Assembly (NCBI RefSeq): GCF_001194135.2
Contig: NC_068982.1
Span: 145,360,940-145,424,939, forward strand
Direction of reading: 5' to 3'
DNA: 64,000 bases
From: Octopus bimaculoides
Taxonomy: Eukaryota
Shown here: positions 10,046-23,247 of the stretch, piece after piece
Position numbering within the stretch: position 1 is the stretch's first letter
How the letters are laid out: the number at the start of each line of letters is the position of its first letter
Position numbers and translations under genes: made by a program
Notes under the pieces: generated by a model
What the model was told of the DNA's origin: nothing
The model's database searches: none
The model's input: only the letters and a program-made list of their open reading frames with translations

Positions 10046-11384
10046 GTGTGTGTGTGTGCGTGTGTGCGTGTGTGTATACTTCAGAACATATCGCATTTTA
10101 AATCCTAAATTATTTTCGTAGAGAGATAAAATTAGACGCATTATATGCTTGTTGCATGTATATTACCTACTTTAATTATTCGTACAAAATGTGTTCTGTT
10201 TTCCTGTGTTTTTTTTGTTTTTTTTACGTAATATATACTTCAATATATCACTCACAATATATATATATATGGTCTTTTATTCCTATAATGTTAAACCATG
10301 AACATTCTCAAAATTAGCCCTGATACATTTTACCTTTTTCTCCTTTAAGTTAATTCCAATCTTTCTGATCTTGGCTATGTTGAGATATTGCTAAGATATC
10401 TTTATCTTTGCTAAAGAACGTATACAAACATCCTCCATAAAAACACAGACTTGCAATGAAAAATCAATGTGTAGAAGCTAGATTTCAATAACATAATATG
10501 TTCTCAAAAACGTGAAAGAAAAATTATAACAAAACTACTAAAATATAATGATTAAGTCTATAAATTCTTCAGCCAGATATGATTGACAGTTAGAACACTT
10601 TCGAAACAATGGACTATTCAAATATTGAAACAGCAATTTTAACAACGGGCTTGAATAATGAGTGAGAAACTCTCAAAACACTGACATTTTGGGAACATTA
10701 TTTGTGTGGCTTTCAATAAGATAATATAATACATTTAAAGTAAAAATATAAAATTTGAACATGTGAAAACTTTGTAAAAATATTTAAAAAGAAATTGTCA
10801 TATTTCTAAAAAGAGAAAAAAACAAACTCATTATATGAGACATACGTAGGCATATATGATGTGAACACTCGCATGTAATACGCGCACACATACTACTCAG
10901 ACACGCACATACATACACGGACACATGTGTATGCTTCTATGTGCATATGAATACAGAATCAAAACATGGTTGAATTTTTACACTATTATTTACACATTAT
11001 TTATCGACAAATGTCTGCGCAAATATTTTACAATTTCTCCCCGATAAAACAGTTGAAAGAAGTCGATAGATTCATTGAGAATCTCTTGCACTGCAAGCTA
11101 CGTTCTTGCATTGATTCGTTTACCATTTAATATTTTCAACATGCTAATGTAAAAGAAGCAAGTTGAAGTCAGAATATGATTTGGTGGTAGGGTGGATTAC
11201 TTTCTGCGTCTTCGCAAACAAATTTTTGTTTTGATTATTTCTGTTTATTTCTTTTTTCCTTTCCTCTTCAAAATCTGCTCTCTACACATTTGCCCACACT
11301 CACACATCACTGAATACATTACTGATTTAGGAAGGAGTAATCTTCAATTGAAATGCAAAGTCATTACTGGTTTTCTGGCATTGA

Positions 11385-11393
11385 TCATCATCC

Positions 11394-11449
<56 letters not shown>

Positions 11450-11700
11450 GTCATCAGCATCATCAAAACTACCAGTACAACCCCCACGGCCGCCACGGAC
11501 GCCAAAACCACCGCCATAACCGTCGCAACAACTATCACCAGAATCGTTGCTCCTGCCGCCCTCCACCCCGCCAACTCCACTGTTACCTCCACCTCCACCA
11601 CAGGCACCAATAACACCAATAACACTACCACCATCACCATATCACCATCAGCATCACAGCCGCCAGCACCACCGCGACCTCCACAAACACCTGATCATGA
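11385..11700. repeat. (CAT)n grading into a degenerate CAC/CAA trinucleotide tract
   Basis: Direct reading; it explains the 201-aa pseudo-ORF. Confidence 0.9.
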
Positions 11701-11984
11701 ATATCCTCATATCCACACTTCTTTGTATCATTATCCCAAAACACACTATCTCCTAAATCAACATAATTATGAATATGTCAACAAGAGAACTAATTAGTTT
11801 CCTAAACTACTAGAATTGTAGCCAAATCGACCTCAAATCTCATTCTACAGTCTTTAGCATGGAGCAATACATTGAACAATATAGTTTCTGGAATACAGAA
11901 AGTGGGAAAGTCACAGAAGGATTGCCTTTTACTCATCAAGGATTGACTTATGCCTATATATCCTCCTCCTCCACGTCATCATCA

Positions 11985-12108
11985 TTTCTTCTTCTTCTTC
12001 TTCTTCTTCTTCTTCTTCTTCTTCTTCTTCTTCTTCTTCTTCTTCTTCTTCTTCTTCTTCTTCTTCTTCTTCTTCTTCTTCTTCTTCTTCTTCTTCTTCT
12101 TCTTCTTC
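11985..12108. repeat. (CTT)n microsatellite
   Basis: Direct reading. Confidence 0.98.
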
Positions 12109-12887
12109 GTTTTCAAGAACAAAAACTGCTGGAACCTATGCTTTTTTAGCTTTGTTACTGCTAGGTCTACGCAACAACACCAAATAATACACCCCATTCG
12201 AATAACAATACAGCAAGCAACCTAAGAAAGTCTGGTCAAGTGCCTATTTTTAAAAAACAAATCAAAACTCTCGAAAAGTAATGTATCATACGTTTCATAA
12301 ACTATCATCAAACGAATAGCAGAACCGCTTTGTAGTCACTTAGTTTGTGAAAAATAACATCGAACTTTCTCTCACATTATATACAACCATCATCATAAAG
12401 TGGACGGCGCGGATAATGCAGCCTTAGTTAACTGGAAACAGCTAGTTTGGTCACATCTGTAATACATTCCATTACAAGCTTGCTCGATGAAAGTTGAACT
12501 GGGATTAAAATACATCTTCATCAGCACCACCATTAGCAGCAGCAACAACAGCAGCAGCAACAACAAAGAACTCGCTGAATAATGTCACCAACTATACACT
12601 ACAACTGAAAAATGAAATGACAGTGAAACGGGATAGCTTTGATTGCAGATCTACTCGAACAAGACTGTCTTCAGCTTGTACAACACCTATCTACATCAGA
12701 GATTTACTGTTCTAATTCAAACCAAGCCAAAATCAACTAACCTTGAGTGGTAATAAAATAATATGCAACAAATTACTTCGGACGTATTGATGGGTATTTC
12801 CCAAACAATATTTTTGTATTTATATATCTGTGCCTATCTAGTCACTATAAATCATTATTATTATAATGGTAATAATGATATTACTCT

Positions 12888-13260
12888 AGGCGGCGAGCTG
12901 GCAGAGTTGGCGAAATGCTTAGAGGTATTTCGTCTACCATTACGTCCTGAGTTCAAGTTCCTCCGATGTCGACTTTGCCTTTCCTCCTTTCGGGGTCAAT
13001 AAATTAAGTACCAGTGAAGCACTGGGGTCGATGTAATCGACTTAATCCCTTTGTCTGTCCTTGTTTGTCCCCTCTATGTTTAGCCCCTTAGCGGTATTTC
13101 GTCTGTCTTTACGTTTTGAGTTCAAATTCCACCGAGGTCGACTTTGCCTTTCATCCTTTGAGGTTCGATAAATTAGGTACCAGTTGCTTACTCGGGTCGA
13201 TTTAATCGACTGCCCCCTCCCCCAAAATTTCGGGCCTTCTGCCAAGAGTAGAAAAGAATA
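12888..13260 (+). mobile_element. Dimeric tRNA-derived SINE
   Basis: GGCGGCGAGCTGGCAGAG head, GAGTTCAAGTTCC B box, central GTCGACTTTGCCTTT..GGGGTC repeated twice with a pyrimidine-rich linker; tail GTAGAAAAGAATAAT. Confidence 0.85.
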
Positions 13261-13889
13261 ATGTTATTACTGCAATATTTTTTAGTAAGCAAATATAACA
13301 ACTCCTTATAGTTTACTGTTGATAGTTTTCTATTTAATTGTGTGCGAATGATATTATTTATACATTTGTTTCTATAAAATGTGAATTTACACTCTCTGCC
13401 CAGCCAACATTTTGTAAATCGTTATCCTAAATTTTTATATTTAGATAGTTTTACTTATTTCCGTTGGCGAGAGATATCTTACCACTCAATTTTAAAATTG
13501 TATTTGCAAATAACATAAGCAGCGTTTACTTTAGTTTTACGTCACTGAATACGTATGATATACAATACCATCAATTTATCAGTGGGCAATATTTGTATGA
13601 ATATTCTATGAAAAACGTTCTGGATGAATTAAACCAGATGATTTCCATTACTATTTCTATTTAAGATCTTCCATTATCACACCAATTGTAAAAATTCCTT
13701 TATTCTCTCGATGGATTCTTAGTTTAAATTGTTTAATTTTTTGTAAGATTTCGTTAAAACTCTAATATTTCTCAAATGTTAAAAATGATTTTATCTGATA
13801 ATTTACCTCATAGTCTTATTTAAATCTGGCCAATATATATTCTCTTATGGCAAATATATTGCCCAAAGAGAAGAGGAGAAATTATAAAA

Positions 13890-14097
13890 ATACAAATATC
13901 TCGAAACTGAAGTATTCAAGATGCGGAGCATTAAGGTAAAAACAATGCCAGTAATAACTGGAGCATTGAATATGGTAAAAAAAAACATATGAGAAAAAAC
14001 ATAGAAGCTATATCTTAAAACACAACACAACATATTAACCCCAAAATAGTCCTGCCAGGAACAGCTCCCATCCTACGCAAGACACTATTATTTCGTT
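13890..14097 (+). mobile_element. Dong/R4-like non-LTR retrotransposon, endonuclease C-terminus
   Basis: KYKYLETEVFKMRSIKVKTMPVITGALNMVK...PKIVLPGTAPILRKTL matches the RLE-clade C-terminal motif (PVIIGALG...QKIVLLGTAHILRK). Confidence 0.75.
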
Positions 14098-14749
14098 AGT
14101 GCCACCCAAAATTACTTTGGCAAAATATTGTAAATTTGTCATAATTTTTCTCGTGCGCATGTTGATACATGGAAAGAATACCTCGAAGTACTTAACGTTA
14201 AGAAGATTGTGCGTACATAATGCAGTGTGAGAATTGTTGTGTCAATGGAGCGGAAGCAATACGATTTGCAGGTGAGTAACTATGAACAGAAATTGAAAGT
14301 TAAGCGGAGTTGCTGTCATTAGATACGTTGTTTTAAAGTCTGAGTTGAAATACTATAAAACTTTAGGCAGTGGAAAACAGAATGTCGTGCAATATTTAAT
14401 CAACTTCCTCCATCTTTTTGAGTAATTCTTGTGGGTACTATCTTTGCCTGAGATTGACAAAATACGTAACTTTCAATACTGCGGTCAGAATTTCAATGGT
14501 AGGGAAATGAGTGGTAGAAAGCAGAAAGTAACGACAAACTGTCTTCAGATAGCTAAATATATTCATATTCTGACTGCCAATCTAGCTTGTCTCTGTGCTA
14601 AAGGTTCAGTTTTATTTGCTTTTGTACCTCCACAACTGAGTTCACAAAGCATATATCTGCAGCTCTGCTGCAATATTTCTTTAGATATCTATCTCTAATT
14701 TGTAACTGCCTGTATCAGCAGACAGTTTCTTTTGGAATTTTATCAATAA

Positions 14750-15280
14750 TACTGGTTTCAAAGAGGGTCAATCGATTAAATTGACCCCCATTACTCAACT
14801 GGTATCTATTTTATCCACCCCGAAAAGAAAAAAAAAAGGTGAAGTCGACTTCGGCAGAATTTGAACTCAGAACGTAAAGACAGACGGAATACCGCTCAGC
14901 AATTTGCCAGGGTTATTAATGATTCTGCCTTCTTGCCGCCTTGCCCCTGATAATATTGGTCTCAAATTTTGGCACAAGGCGAACAGTTTTAGGGGAGAGT
15001 GTAAGTGGATGACAGCGACTGAAGATCTCAATTGGTATTTATTTCATCAACCTTGAAATGATGGAAGGCAAAGTCGACCCCGACAGCAGATGAACTCATT
15101 AAATATATATATAGTAAACTAAAACACATAGTATCATACCGGGAACAGCGCATTTCAGTGAATGCGCTTTTCGTGAAGAAATACAGTCTGGTGCATTTGA
15201 ACTTAGAACGTAAAGTCGGACAAAATTCTTAACTGCATTTTGTCCGGCACAATAACGATTCTGCCAGTTCGCCCCCTTAA
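14750..15280 (-). mobile_element. Three tandem partial SINE copies (GGCGGCGAGCTGG family)
   Basis: Reverse-complement motifs aagtcgacttcggcagaatttgaactcagaacgtaaag (14.85 kb), aaggcaaagtcgaccc (15.07 kb), atttgaacttagaacgtaaag...gattctgccagttcgcc (15.2-15.27 kb). Confidence 0.75.
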
Positions 15281-15793
15281 TCTTACTAATAATATTGCAA
15301 TGTGGACTGTCTACTTTCTGAATAAATGTCACAAACATTTTTAAAGTAAAATGTGTGCATTATATAATAGCAAACGCGATGCATGATTCCTAGCGAATTC
15401 ATTGAATCTCTTCCAATATATTTGTACTCTTTCATCAATGCAAAAAATCCATATTCCGATGAAAATGACATATGGCCACTGATATCCAATCTAGTAACAA
15501 GAAATCCAAGTACATATAATCACACATAGACATATCCATACGCACACATACACACTTAAACACTGATACACAAAGAATCAACAATAAGAATATTTACACT
15601 CGATTATATGAAACGTGTCTTTTTTACTTTTATGGTATTCTTTAGCGCTTGATTTTAAAATCAACAAAAGATTTATTAAGTTAATTAAACAGACACTCAT
15701 TAGACAATTGAGACCTTCTATGCATATATTTAATGGGAATGCACACGACCAAATGCAACGTTTATATTTTCAGCGACACGACATTAATAGCAA

Positions 15794-15846
<53 letters not shown>

Positions 15847-15879
15847 AGAACAACAATAACAACAAAAATAGAAAAGAAG

Positions 15880-16517
15880 TGAGCCTATGTTAAAATCAAC
15901 AATAGCTCAAAATCTCGGAATAAAAGCAGAAACAGAAGGACTGTTTCTCGCTGAACAAGACCAATGCCTGACCACAGACGTCTATAAAAGCTAATTAATG
16001 AATCCGGGCCCTAACACCAAATGTAGAATGCGCAACAGGCACTGTGAGGAACTTGACCATATAATCTGTGGCTGTCCAGTCCTCGTCCTCGCTAACTCTG
16101 AACATGAACACTCATTACCGAGAAAGTGCTTATATCCAACATTACAACAGAAAAGCTAACAAGAAATGGTATAATCATGTATCAAAGTACATAACAATGC
16201 CCAGGCTACAGTCATCCGGGACATGCCGGTTCAAACTGGCAAAGACATCAAAACGTATCGTCCAGGCATAATAACCAAGGATTGGGAAAAGAACACACTT
16301 GCTTTCTGGCAGATGTTGCCGTCTCTCCCGACCATAATACTTGAAAGTAACACGACTTTGAAAATTTCTCGACATATTATTTGCATCCCCGCAAAAGAAA
16401 AACAAGAACAAAACACAATAAACAAACGTGAACATACAATGCTGCACACATTTCATCAATACGGCGGTGTAGCAGGTGATGCAGTAGAAATTTGCCTGAA
16501 ACTATCAATTGTGAATA

Positions 16518-16520
<3 letters not shown>
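15880..16520 (+). mobile_element. Dong/R4-like element fragment (CCHC knuckle, start of RLE, 3' end)
   Basis: IKAETEGLFLAEQDQCLTT...KCRMRNRHCEELDHIICGCPVL...WYNH...DMPVQTGKDIKTYRPGII; the 3' end is shared with the copy at 18.4 kb. Confidence 0.85.
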
Positions 16521-16549
<29 letters not shown>

Positions 16550-16556
16550 AATAATA

Positions 16557-17113
16557 ACTGCCCTGATTCAGTACCAGGCAGTGACTCTCTTCGCTTCTCA
16601 TCTTAACTGACTGGAAGTCTTATCATATACATTGTTTTGTCTTGGTATAAAGGATGGGCTACAGCAAATATTCTGCTCAATACCACAGATTTGCTTATCA
16701 TTTGTTTGACCTTAACCAGTTGAGCATGTCTCCTGATGGCTGACGATATATACCTGTCTGATCACGAGCAGAAGTAGTGGGGGAACGTCATAGCCATGTT
16801 TTGAGGGGAACTGTTTGGGATTAGGATAATTCATCTCTGAAATCATGAGTGTTTCGTTCACCGTCCTTAAACAACCCTTATTCAGGGACCTTTTGAGCAG
16901 GATGAGCTACTTGACCCGAAGAAAATTCTAACTGGGCCCCACCTGAAAGGTCGTATACTGTTTATCTGATATGAGATCATCATGTCGTGCACATATGGTT
17001 GTGATGCATATGCCTAGTGCATCCTTATCAGACAGATATTCATAATGGATATACTGGACTTCGTATATTTTAACCCAGTGCACTTTGATGGCATGCATTG
17101 TGCTCTCTCACTC
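16557..17113 (+). mobile_element. ~555-bp non-coding interspersed repeat ending in an (AAT)n tail
   Basis: Higher-GC block bounded by GAT/AAT repeats on the left and (AAT)n on the right; no ORF and no tRNA box seen. I recall it as an abundant octopus repeat (unverified). Confidence 0.5.
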
Positions 17114-17164
<51 letters not shown>

Positions 17165-17169
17165 CAATA

Positions 17170-17243
<74 letters not shown>

Positions 17244-17250
17244 TATTATT
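17113..17250. repeat. (AAT)n microsatellite
   Basis: Direct reading; similar tracts at 18750-18830, 21228-21332, 23485-23577, 39417-39525 and 41390-41452. Confidence 0.98.
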
Positions 17251-17299
17251 ATTATCATAGTAAAAAAGCGGAAGTCTACTGCATGTAATAAAGCAACAA

Positions 17300-18475
17300 G
17301 AAACAAAGAAAAGCTTTTCTCAATACACAAGGTGGCGACAAAATGCAAAACAGAAACAAATTACACTGACACACTGACCTCAGATGACAGCATAGCCGAT
17401 ATGGTCAGAGAGACATGAATATTACATTACAAAAGGTACTGAAGAAATAGAGAGAAAAATGACTTCATAGCCAATGTCCTGCATGGCTTGGCAAAGAGGA
17501 AGTGAGCCTAAGCAAAAGCCAATAATGGCTCAAAAGCTCTGGACTAAAAGCCGAAACGTAAGCACTGATCCTCGTTGCAAAAGGCCCATGCGTGACTACA
17601 AACAGTTATGAAAGCAGGTCTCAACACCAAATGCGGAATGTGCAACCAGCACAATGATACCGTTGACCACATTATCACGGGCTGCACAGTTCTTGCCAAA
17701 TATGAATATGTATACAGATATGACAAAGTAAGCAGTTGTATCTACTGGAAAATATGCCGATATTACAACATCAAAATTGAAATATGAGCGAAGCAAGGTA
17801 CAGGACAACGATCAGGCGACAATCATCTGCGATATGCCGGTTCAAACCAACAAAGAAATAAAAGCTAATCGCTCAGACATGATAGTCAAGGATTGGAGAA
17901 AAGCAACCTGCTTACTGATAGACATTGCAGTCTGATCAAAACATTGTCAAAAAAGAAGTGGAGATCTGGAGTATTCAAAATGTGGGGCATGAAAGTAAAA
18001 CAATACCAATAATAATCGGAGCATGGACATGACAAAAAAAAACAATAAATAAATCATATGAACAAAAACGTAGAAGCTTTACTTGGATCTTCAACACTAC
18101 ATACTGTCCAAAAGAGAGCCCTGCTAGGAACAGCCCACATCCTAAGCAATACACTATCAATCCAATAATACAACCTAAAGAAAACAATCCACAAATACAA
18201 CGAGACATACTCTATAAAGCATTTACCCAATGAAACAAACTCCCACCAGCAAGCCAGAAAACCAAAGCATTACACATTCAACACACAATAGAAGCAGTAA
18301 TGCAACAAAAGGCAGTAACGCATCTCAAGGGAAAAAAGCCAACACAATACAGTACCGGGAAGAGTTGTCACACTGTCAATAGCAGAAAAGAACACACACT
18401 CCAGCAACACGGAGGTGTAGCAGGAGATGCAGTAGAAATTTGCCTCAATCTACCAAATATCGAACAATTATATAA
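17300..18475 (+). mobile_element. Dong/R4-like element, 5'-truncated (CCHC, RLE, 3' UTR)
   Basis: WLKSSGLKAET...KCGMCNQHNDTVDHIITGCTVLAKYEYVYRYDKV...YWKICRYY...DMPVQTNKEIKANRSDMIVKD...LLIDIAV...MWGMKVKTIPIIIGA...LLGTAHILSNTL. Confidence 0.9.
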
Positions 18476-18665
18476 TAGCAATAATAGTGATAATGATAAG
18501 CATTAGTATTATTGTTGTCGTTGCTATCATCATCATCACCATATCACCACCACTACCACCACCACCACCACCACCACCACCANNNNNNNNNNNNNNNNNN
18601 NNNNNNNNNNNNNNNNNNNNNNNNNNNNNNNNNNNNNNNNNNNNNNNNNCATCACCACCACTATT

Positions 18666-18696
<31 letters not shown>

Positions 18697-18758
18697 TTAT
18701 TATTATTAGTATTATAGCATTAATAAAAACAACAGCAACAATGATGATGATGATGATG

Positions 18759-18826
<68 letters not shown>

Positions 18827-18829
18827 CAT

Positions 18830-19410
18830 GAAGTGAATGCGGAGGCATGATCTCGGTAAAAGTGTGTATTGGGATGTTAGGTGATTGTGAAAATTCAAAG
18901 TGACAGGAAATTCGCATGAACACGAGCCAGAAGCTGTGATAGTGACTGATAATTAGAGGATTTGATGGGATTCCATTAAGACTGACCACACTATTGAAGC
19001 AAGGTGAAGCAAAGAGACTAAATATGATTGAAGAGGACAAAAAATGTTAAACGAAACAAAACATACAGTCAAGGATTAAACAGAGATTGCAGTACAGAAT
19101 AATAATAGAGTGGAGACTAGCGAAATTGAGAAAACCGAGAAATATTAGGAACACAGCCAGACAGATTGTTTTACATAAACATGATTGCGTTACACAAAAG
19201 TGATAAGTGTCCCCGTGGCAATTGATGCACATGACACAATACCTAAAATGCTATCTAAGAGGCTGAAGGATCTTTCAATTGGGACACGCATTTTCCATCT
19301 CCAGAAATGTGTCATCCGGTATTCTGTAAGAATCCTAAGAAGCTTCTTGATAACTGAAGCGACTTGTCAACTAACATGAAGAAAACGTTCTTGTTAAGTA
19401 AAGTAGAATT
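18830..19410 (+). mobile_element. Dong/R4-like RLE fragment (second family)
   Basis: RRHDLGKSVYWD...HEHEPEAVI...WDSIKTDHTIEAR...VISVPVAIDAHDTIPKML...LQKCVIRYSVRILRSFL. Confidence 0.75.
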
Positions 19411-19420
19411 AATAACTTCT

Positions 19421-19454
<34 letters not shown>

Positions 19455-19465
19455 AACATTAATAG

Positions 19466-19505
<40 letters not shown>

Positions 19506-20811
19506 AATACAATATTTTTTTGCCATATAGCAAGTGAATGAATTGCAAAAAGTGTTCAAGATTTATTTTGAAACAACAAATGGGAAAGTAGAAATTAAAA
19601 TTACTCATACAGGTAGTTTCCTTTCAATAATGTCTATAATATACCCTTATTTGGATTTAAGGACAATGAAGGGTTTCCGCAAAAATAGTTTGATTCCAAC
19701 TATCAAAGGAAACTCGTCGCAACTTAAATTCTTTGTACTACAGATGCCTAATATGAATCAATGCATTCTGTCTAACTAAACTCACAAATATTGTCTAATA
19801 CTTAATAAATTTACCACTGGGTGAATTTTGTGAGGTATGTCTCTTATGACGGAAACACTTGCGACAGAGGAAGATATTTCATTTTCCACCATCTCACAAG
19901 CCGTACTAAGCTTGCTTTAGAAGTTCAAAAGTTCATGTCCCCAGTTCTGTCTTTCCGTAACAACTTCCTTCTGTCTATTTGTAGATATTAAAATGTACGC
20001 ATTTAATTGCATTTGGAAGTGCTCCAAATTTTGAGAAGGTGCTGAAATTGTTCAAATTTCTCATATTGTTCTCTGTCTGATTCTATTCTACAACAGATAC
20101 TTGATAACATAACATATCTACTAAATAATTTAATGCTTTACGATATCAACAGTGGCAGAATAGGCATGTTTGTTTTTCATTGCGTTAACAAATGCAGATT
20201 CTTTTGCTATTCTGTAAGACAAATAAGACAAAGTGCGTATTGCAACTATTTATCTGGTACAATGTATTTTGCTGTCTCACGTGTTTGCTAGAAAACATCT
20301 ATGCTACCATTGCACTTGCTAGAAACAGCCGCTAAATTCTCTCAAAATATTACCTATCTGATTAAATAAGAAACGATATCGTCAATGTATTCAAAGACAC
20401 TCAAAAAAGAAAGATCTTTACGGATAGAAGGTCATTGATCACAGAACTATTGAATCAATGTTTATCTTGAGTTACACATAATCTACTAGCCATTTCCTTT
20501 ACCAGTTTCGAAATTCATGGTGAAAGTAGCAGAGGTCAGATATGAGGGAAGATTGACTACAAGCTCTAGGAATTATTGTAACTAGTAGATGTGTATGTCT
20601 GTGTGTGTGTGTGTTTGTGTGTGTTAGTATGTGTGCGAGTAGGCATAGTTAACATAACTGGAAGTTCATATCTGTGGATTGAAGTATGTTGTTCGATGGA
20701 GACCTCTGAGAGCAGGCTGCTGTCCTCTCACAGAATCTACCCGGACAAACAAAACCGAAAGTGCTGAGAAGTAAAACAACAACAACAACAACAACAACAA
20801 TAATGATGACA

Positions 20812-20952
20812 GTTTCAAACTTTGGCACCTAACCAGCAATTGCGAGGAAGGGGCTAAGTCGATTACATCGACCTCCACTACTCAACTGGAATTTATTTTA
20901 TGGAACCCGAAATGATGAAGGGCAAAGTCGAACTTATCGGAATTTGAACTCA
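20812..20952 (-). mobile_element. Partial SINE (GGCGGCGAGCTGG family)
   Basis: tttcaaactttggcac...gtcgattacatcgacc...ggcaaagtcga..ggaatttgaactca. Confidence 0.7.
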
Positions 20953-20989
20953 CCACCAAGTTGAACCACCAAATTGAACCAAGAAACGA

Positions 20990-21224
20990 AAAAATGTCAA
21001 CGAAATTCTGAAATATATCAGAACAAACAACATCACAGAAACAAATGATTTGATCAAGACAGCAAGTATTGTTGTAGCAGAAAACGTGGGTGTTGATGTC
21101 AAGAAAAAAGAACCGCTAAAATACTCCGAAAGGTGCTCGAAAAATAAAAGGTGTTACCTTAGTTTACTGGTAGTGAACAACTGACACCATATTACATCTC
21201 CAGCGTTAGAAGCTGTGCAAAGGC

Positions 21225-21301
<77 letters not shown>

Positions 21302-21615
21302 TAATAATAACAATAATAATAATAATAATAATAGCAATACCAGGCGATGCGAGGGTGAAATATAAAGAAACAGAAAAGAGTGGTAATCGGATCATTAGGA
21401 ACAGTTTCCGAGAGCTTTGCAAGATTTATTAAAAATATTGGAGCAGGTGTCTAAGTGATCCAGAAGACAATAATGTTGGGTGCAGCTTGCATTCTAAGGA
21501 GAATATTGTCTCTGTGAGTCACAAGAGAAGGCAGCACTTGAAACCTTTGGTGATTTGTTGTTGCCTGCTTTCAAGTAAAGAACAACCGGAAATTAAGAAC
21601 TATCCGAGAGTCTTT
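20990..21615 (+). mobile_element. Dong/R4-like fragments (N-terminal ORF piece and RLE end) split by (AAT)n
   Basis: LKYIRTNNITETNDLIKTASIVVAENVGVDVKKKEP (21.0-21.12 kb); IAIPGDARVKYKETEK..VIGSLGTVS...IQKTIMLGAACILRRIL (21.33-21.51 kb). Confidence 0.7.
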
Positions 21616-22004
21616 AAGATTAATAATGATAATGATGATAATAATAATAATAATAATAATCAATAATTACATTTTATCACTTATTATTTATGATTTCATT
21701 GTGAAAAGTTAACTGAAAATGAAAGTAACGTGATATTTTTATTAAGATTATAGTTAGTGGAGTGAAAAATATTCTCTTGAGAAAATGATCTAGTAATTAT
21801 TTCATGTCACTTTAGGATAATTTTATTATAATTTATTAAATTTCACTTATTGGCCTCTAGCATTTGGCAAATCATATTTGCGCACCTCCAAATTGAATTG
21901 GTCTAGTTATGATTTAATCAGGTTATACACACACATAAAGACATACACACGTAAAGACAAACACACACACATACACACACAGACAGACGAAATGAAATAA
22001 ATGA

Positions 22005-22400
22005 CTTCATCTGTTAGCAACGTCAAGTCATCAGCATAGTCAGGATCTGTGATGGTTACAGTTAGAAAAAGACTGGTTTTAGCAGGTTCAAGAATGAATC
22101 CTTTGTTCTTCCACTACAAAGGAGTGTACTGCATAATCTATACATATAATGAAGCAGTAGGCTGCCAAGGTGTCACCTTGCAAGACACCAGCAACTATAT
22201 CAAAGAACTCTGTGGCGCCGTCTAGAGGTGAACTATAGATTAAGTATTTTTAAACTTCATGATGGTATTGATAGTTTCCTTTGGGATACCGTATGTAAGA
22301 AGTATTTCTTCCATTTTCCCTGTGTGTATCGAGTGAAAGGCCCTAGAAAAGTCAACAAATAGAAGGACTACCTTCAGGTCCGCAATAGTGGACCGTACAG
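22005..22400 (-). mobile_element. RTE-X-like LINE reverse transcriptase fragment
   Basis: LLFVDFSRAFHSIHTGKMEEILLTYGIPKETINTIM...FFDIVAGVLQGDTLAAYCFIICIDY...ITDPDYADDLTLL (RT motifs including YADD). Confidence 0.9.
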
Positions 22401-22671
22401 ACGGGAGAGAACGAGTCACTGCGATCCGTGCAATAAGCACAACCAGATGATGGATGATGATGAGATAAATGATAAACAAACAAGAAATTGTGCATAATTT
22501 CCTGTTGTCTTTTCATTTATTTAATTTTATATTATGCCATGTACTCAACTGATGCTTTATTATGATACATGAAATATATGTATATTGAGTTCTAACACCA
22601 GGTTTTTAGTATCGTTATTAAACTAACAATATGTCTCAAAATCATGCTTGTCACTGCAATACATATATACA

Positions 22672-22982
<311 letters not shown>

Positions 22983-23247
22983 ATATGCATAGAATACATG
23001 TGTATATGATAAATTTGAATATAAAGCCACTTCTACGTAGATTTGCAGCTCTGGACTTTTCTTAGGTCACTTCTTCCAATAAGTCATGTTTTCGGGATTG
23101 TTATTGTTCGAATGTCATCAGATTACTTCCTGCTGCAGATAAAATATTCTACAGGGCACTACATTCATTTGCATTTACAGATAAATGAGATTCTGTATAA
23201 ATCGTCTTCTAAACCTAAACGCTCTATCAGAAACAACCAGCTTCGAA

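Noticed and set aside
11192-11797. 201-aa ORF with poly-Ile and a Thr/Pro-rich, mucin-like region
   Set aside because: It is a translation of (CAT)n and a degenerate CAC/CAA microsatellite; several overlapping frames are open for the same reason.
14340-14720. Possible decayed L2/CR1 ORF on the minus strand (PQELLKKMEKLIKYC)
   Set aside because: Only one short motif with many stops; not enough to classify.
19380-19420. Idea that the GGCGGCGAGCTGG SINE is mobilised by the Dong/R4 elements (shared AGTAGAA near the 3' ends)
   Set aside because: The match is only ~7 bp and the tails read ATT versus AAT on the sense strand, i.e. opposite target orientation.
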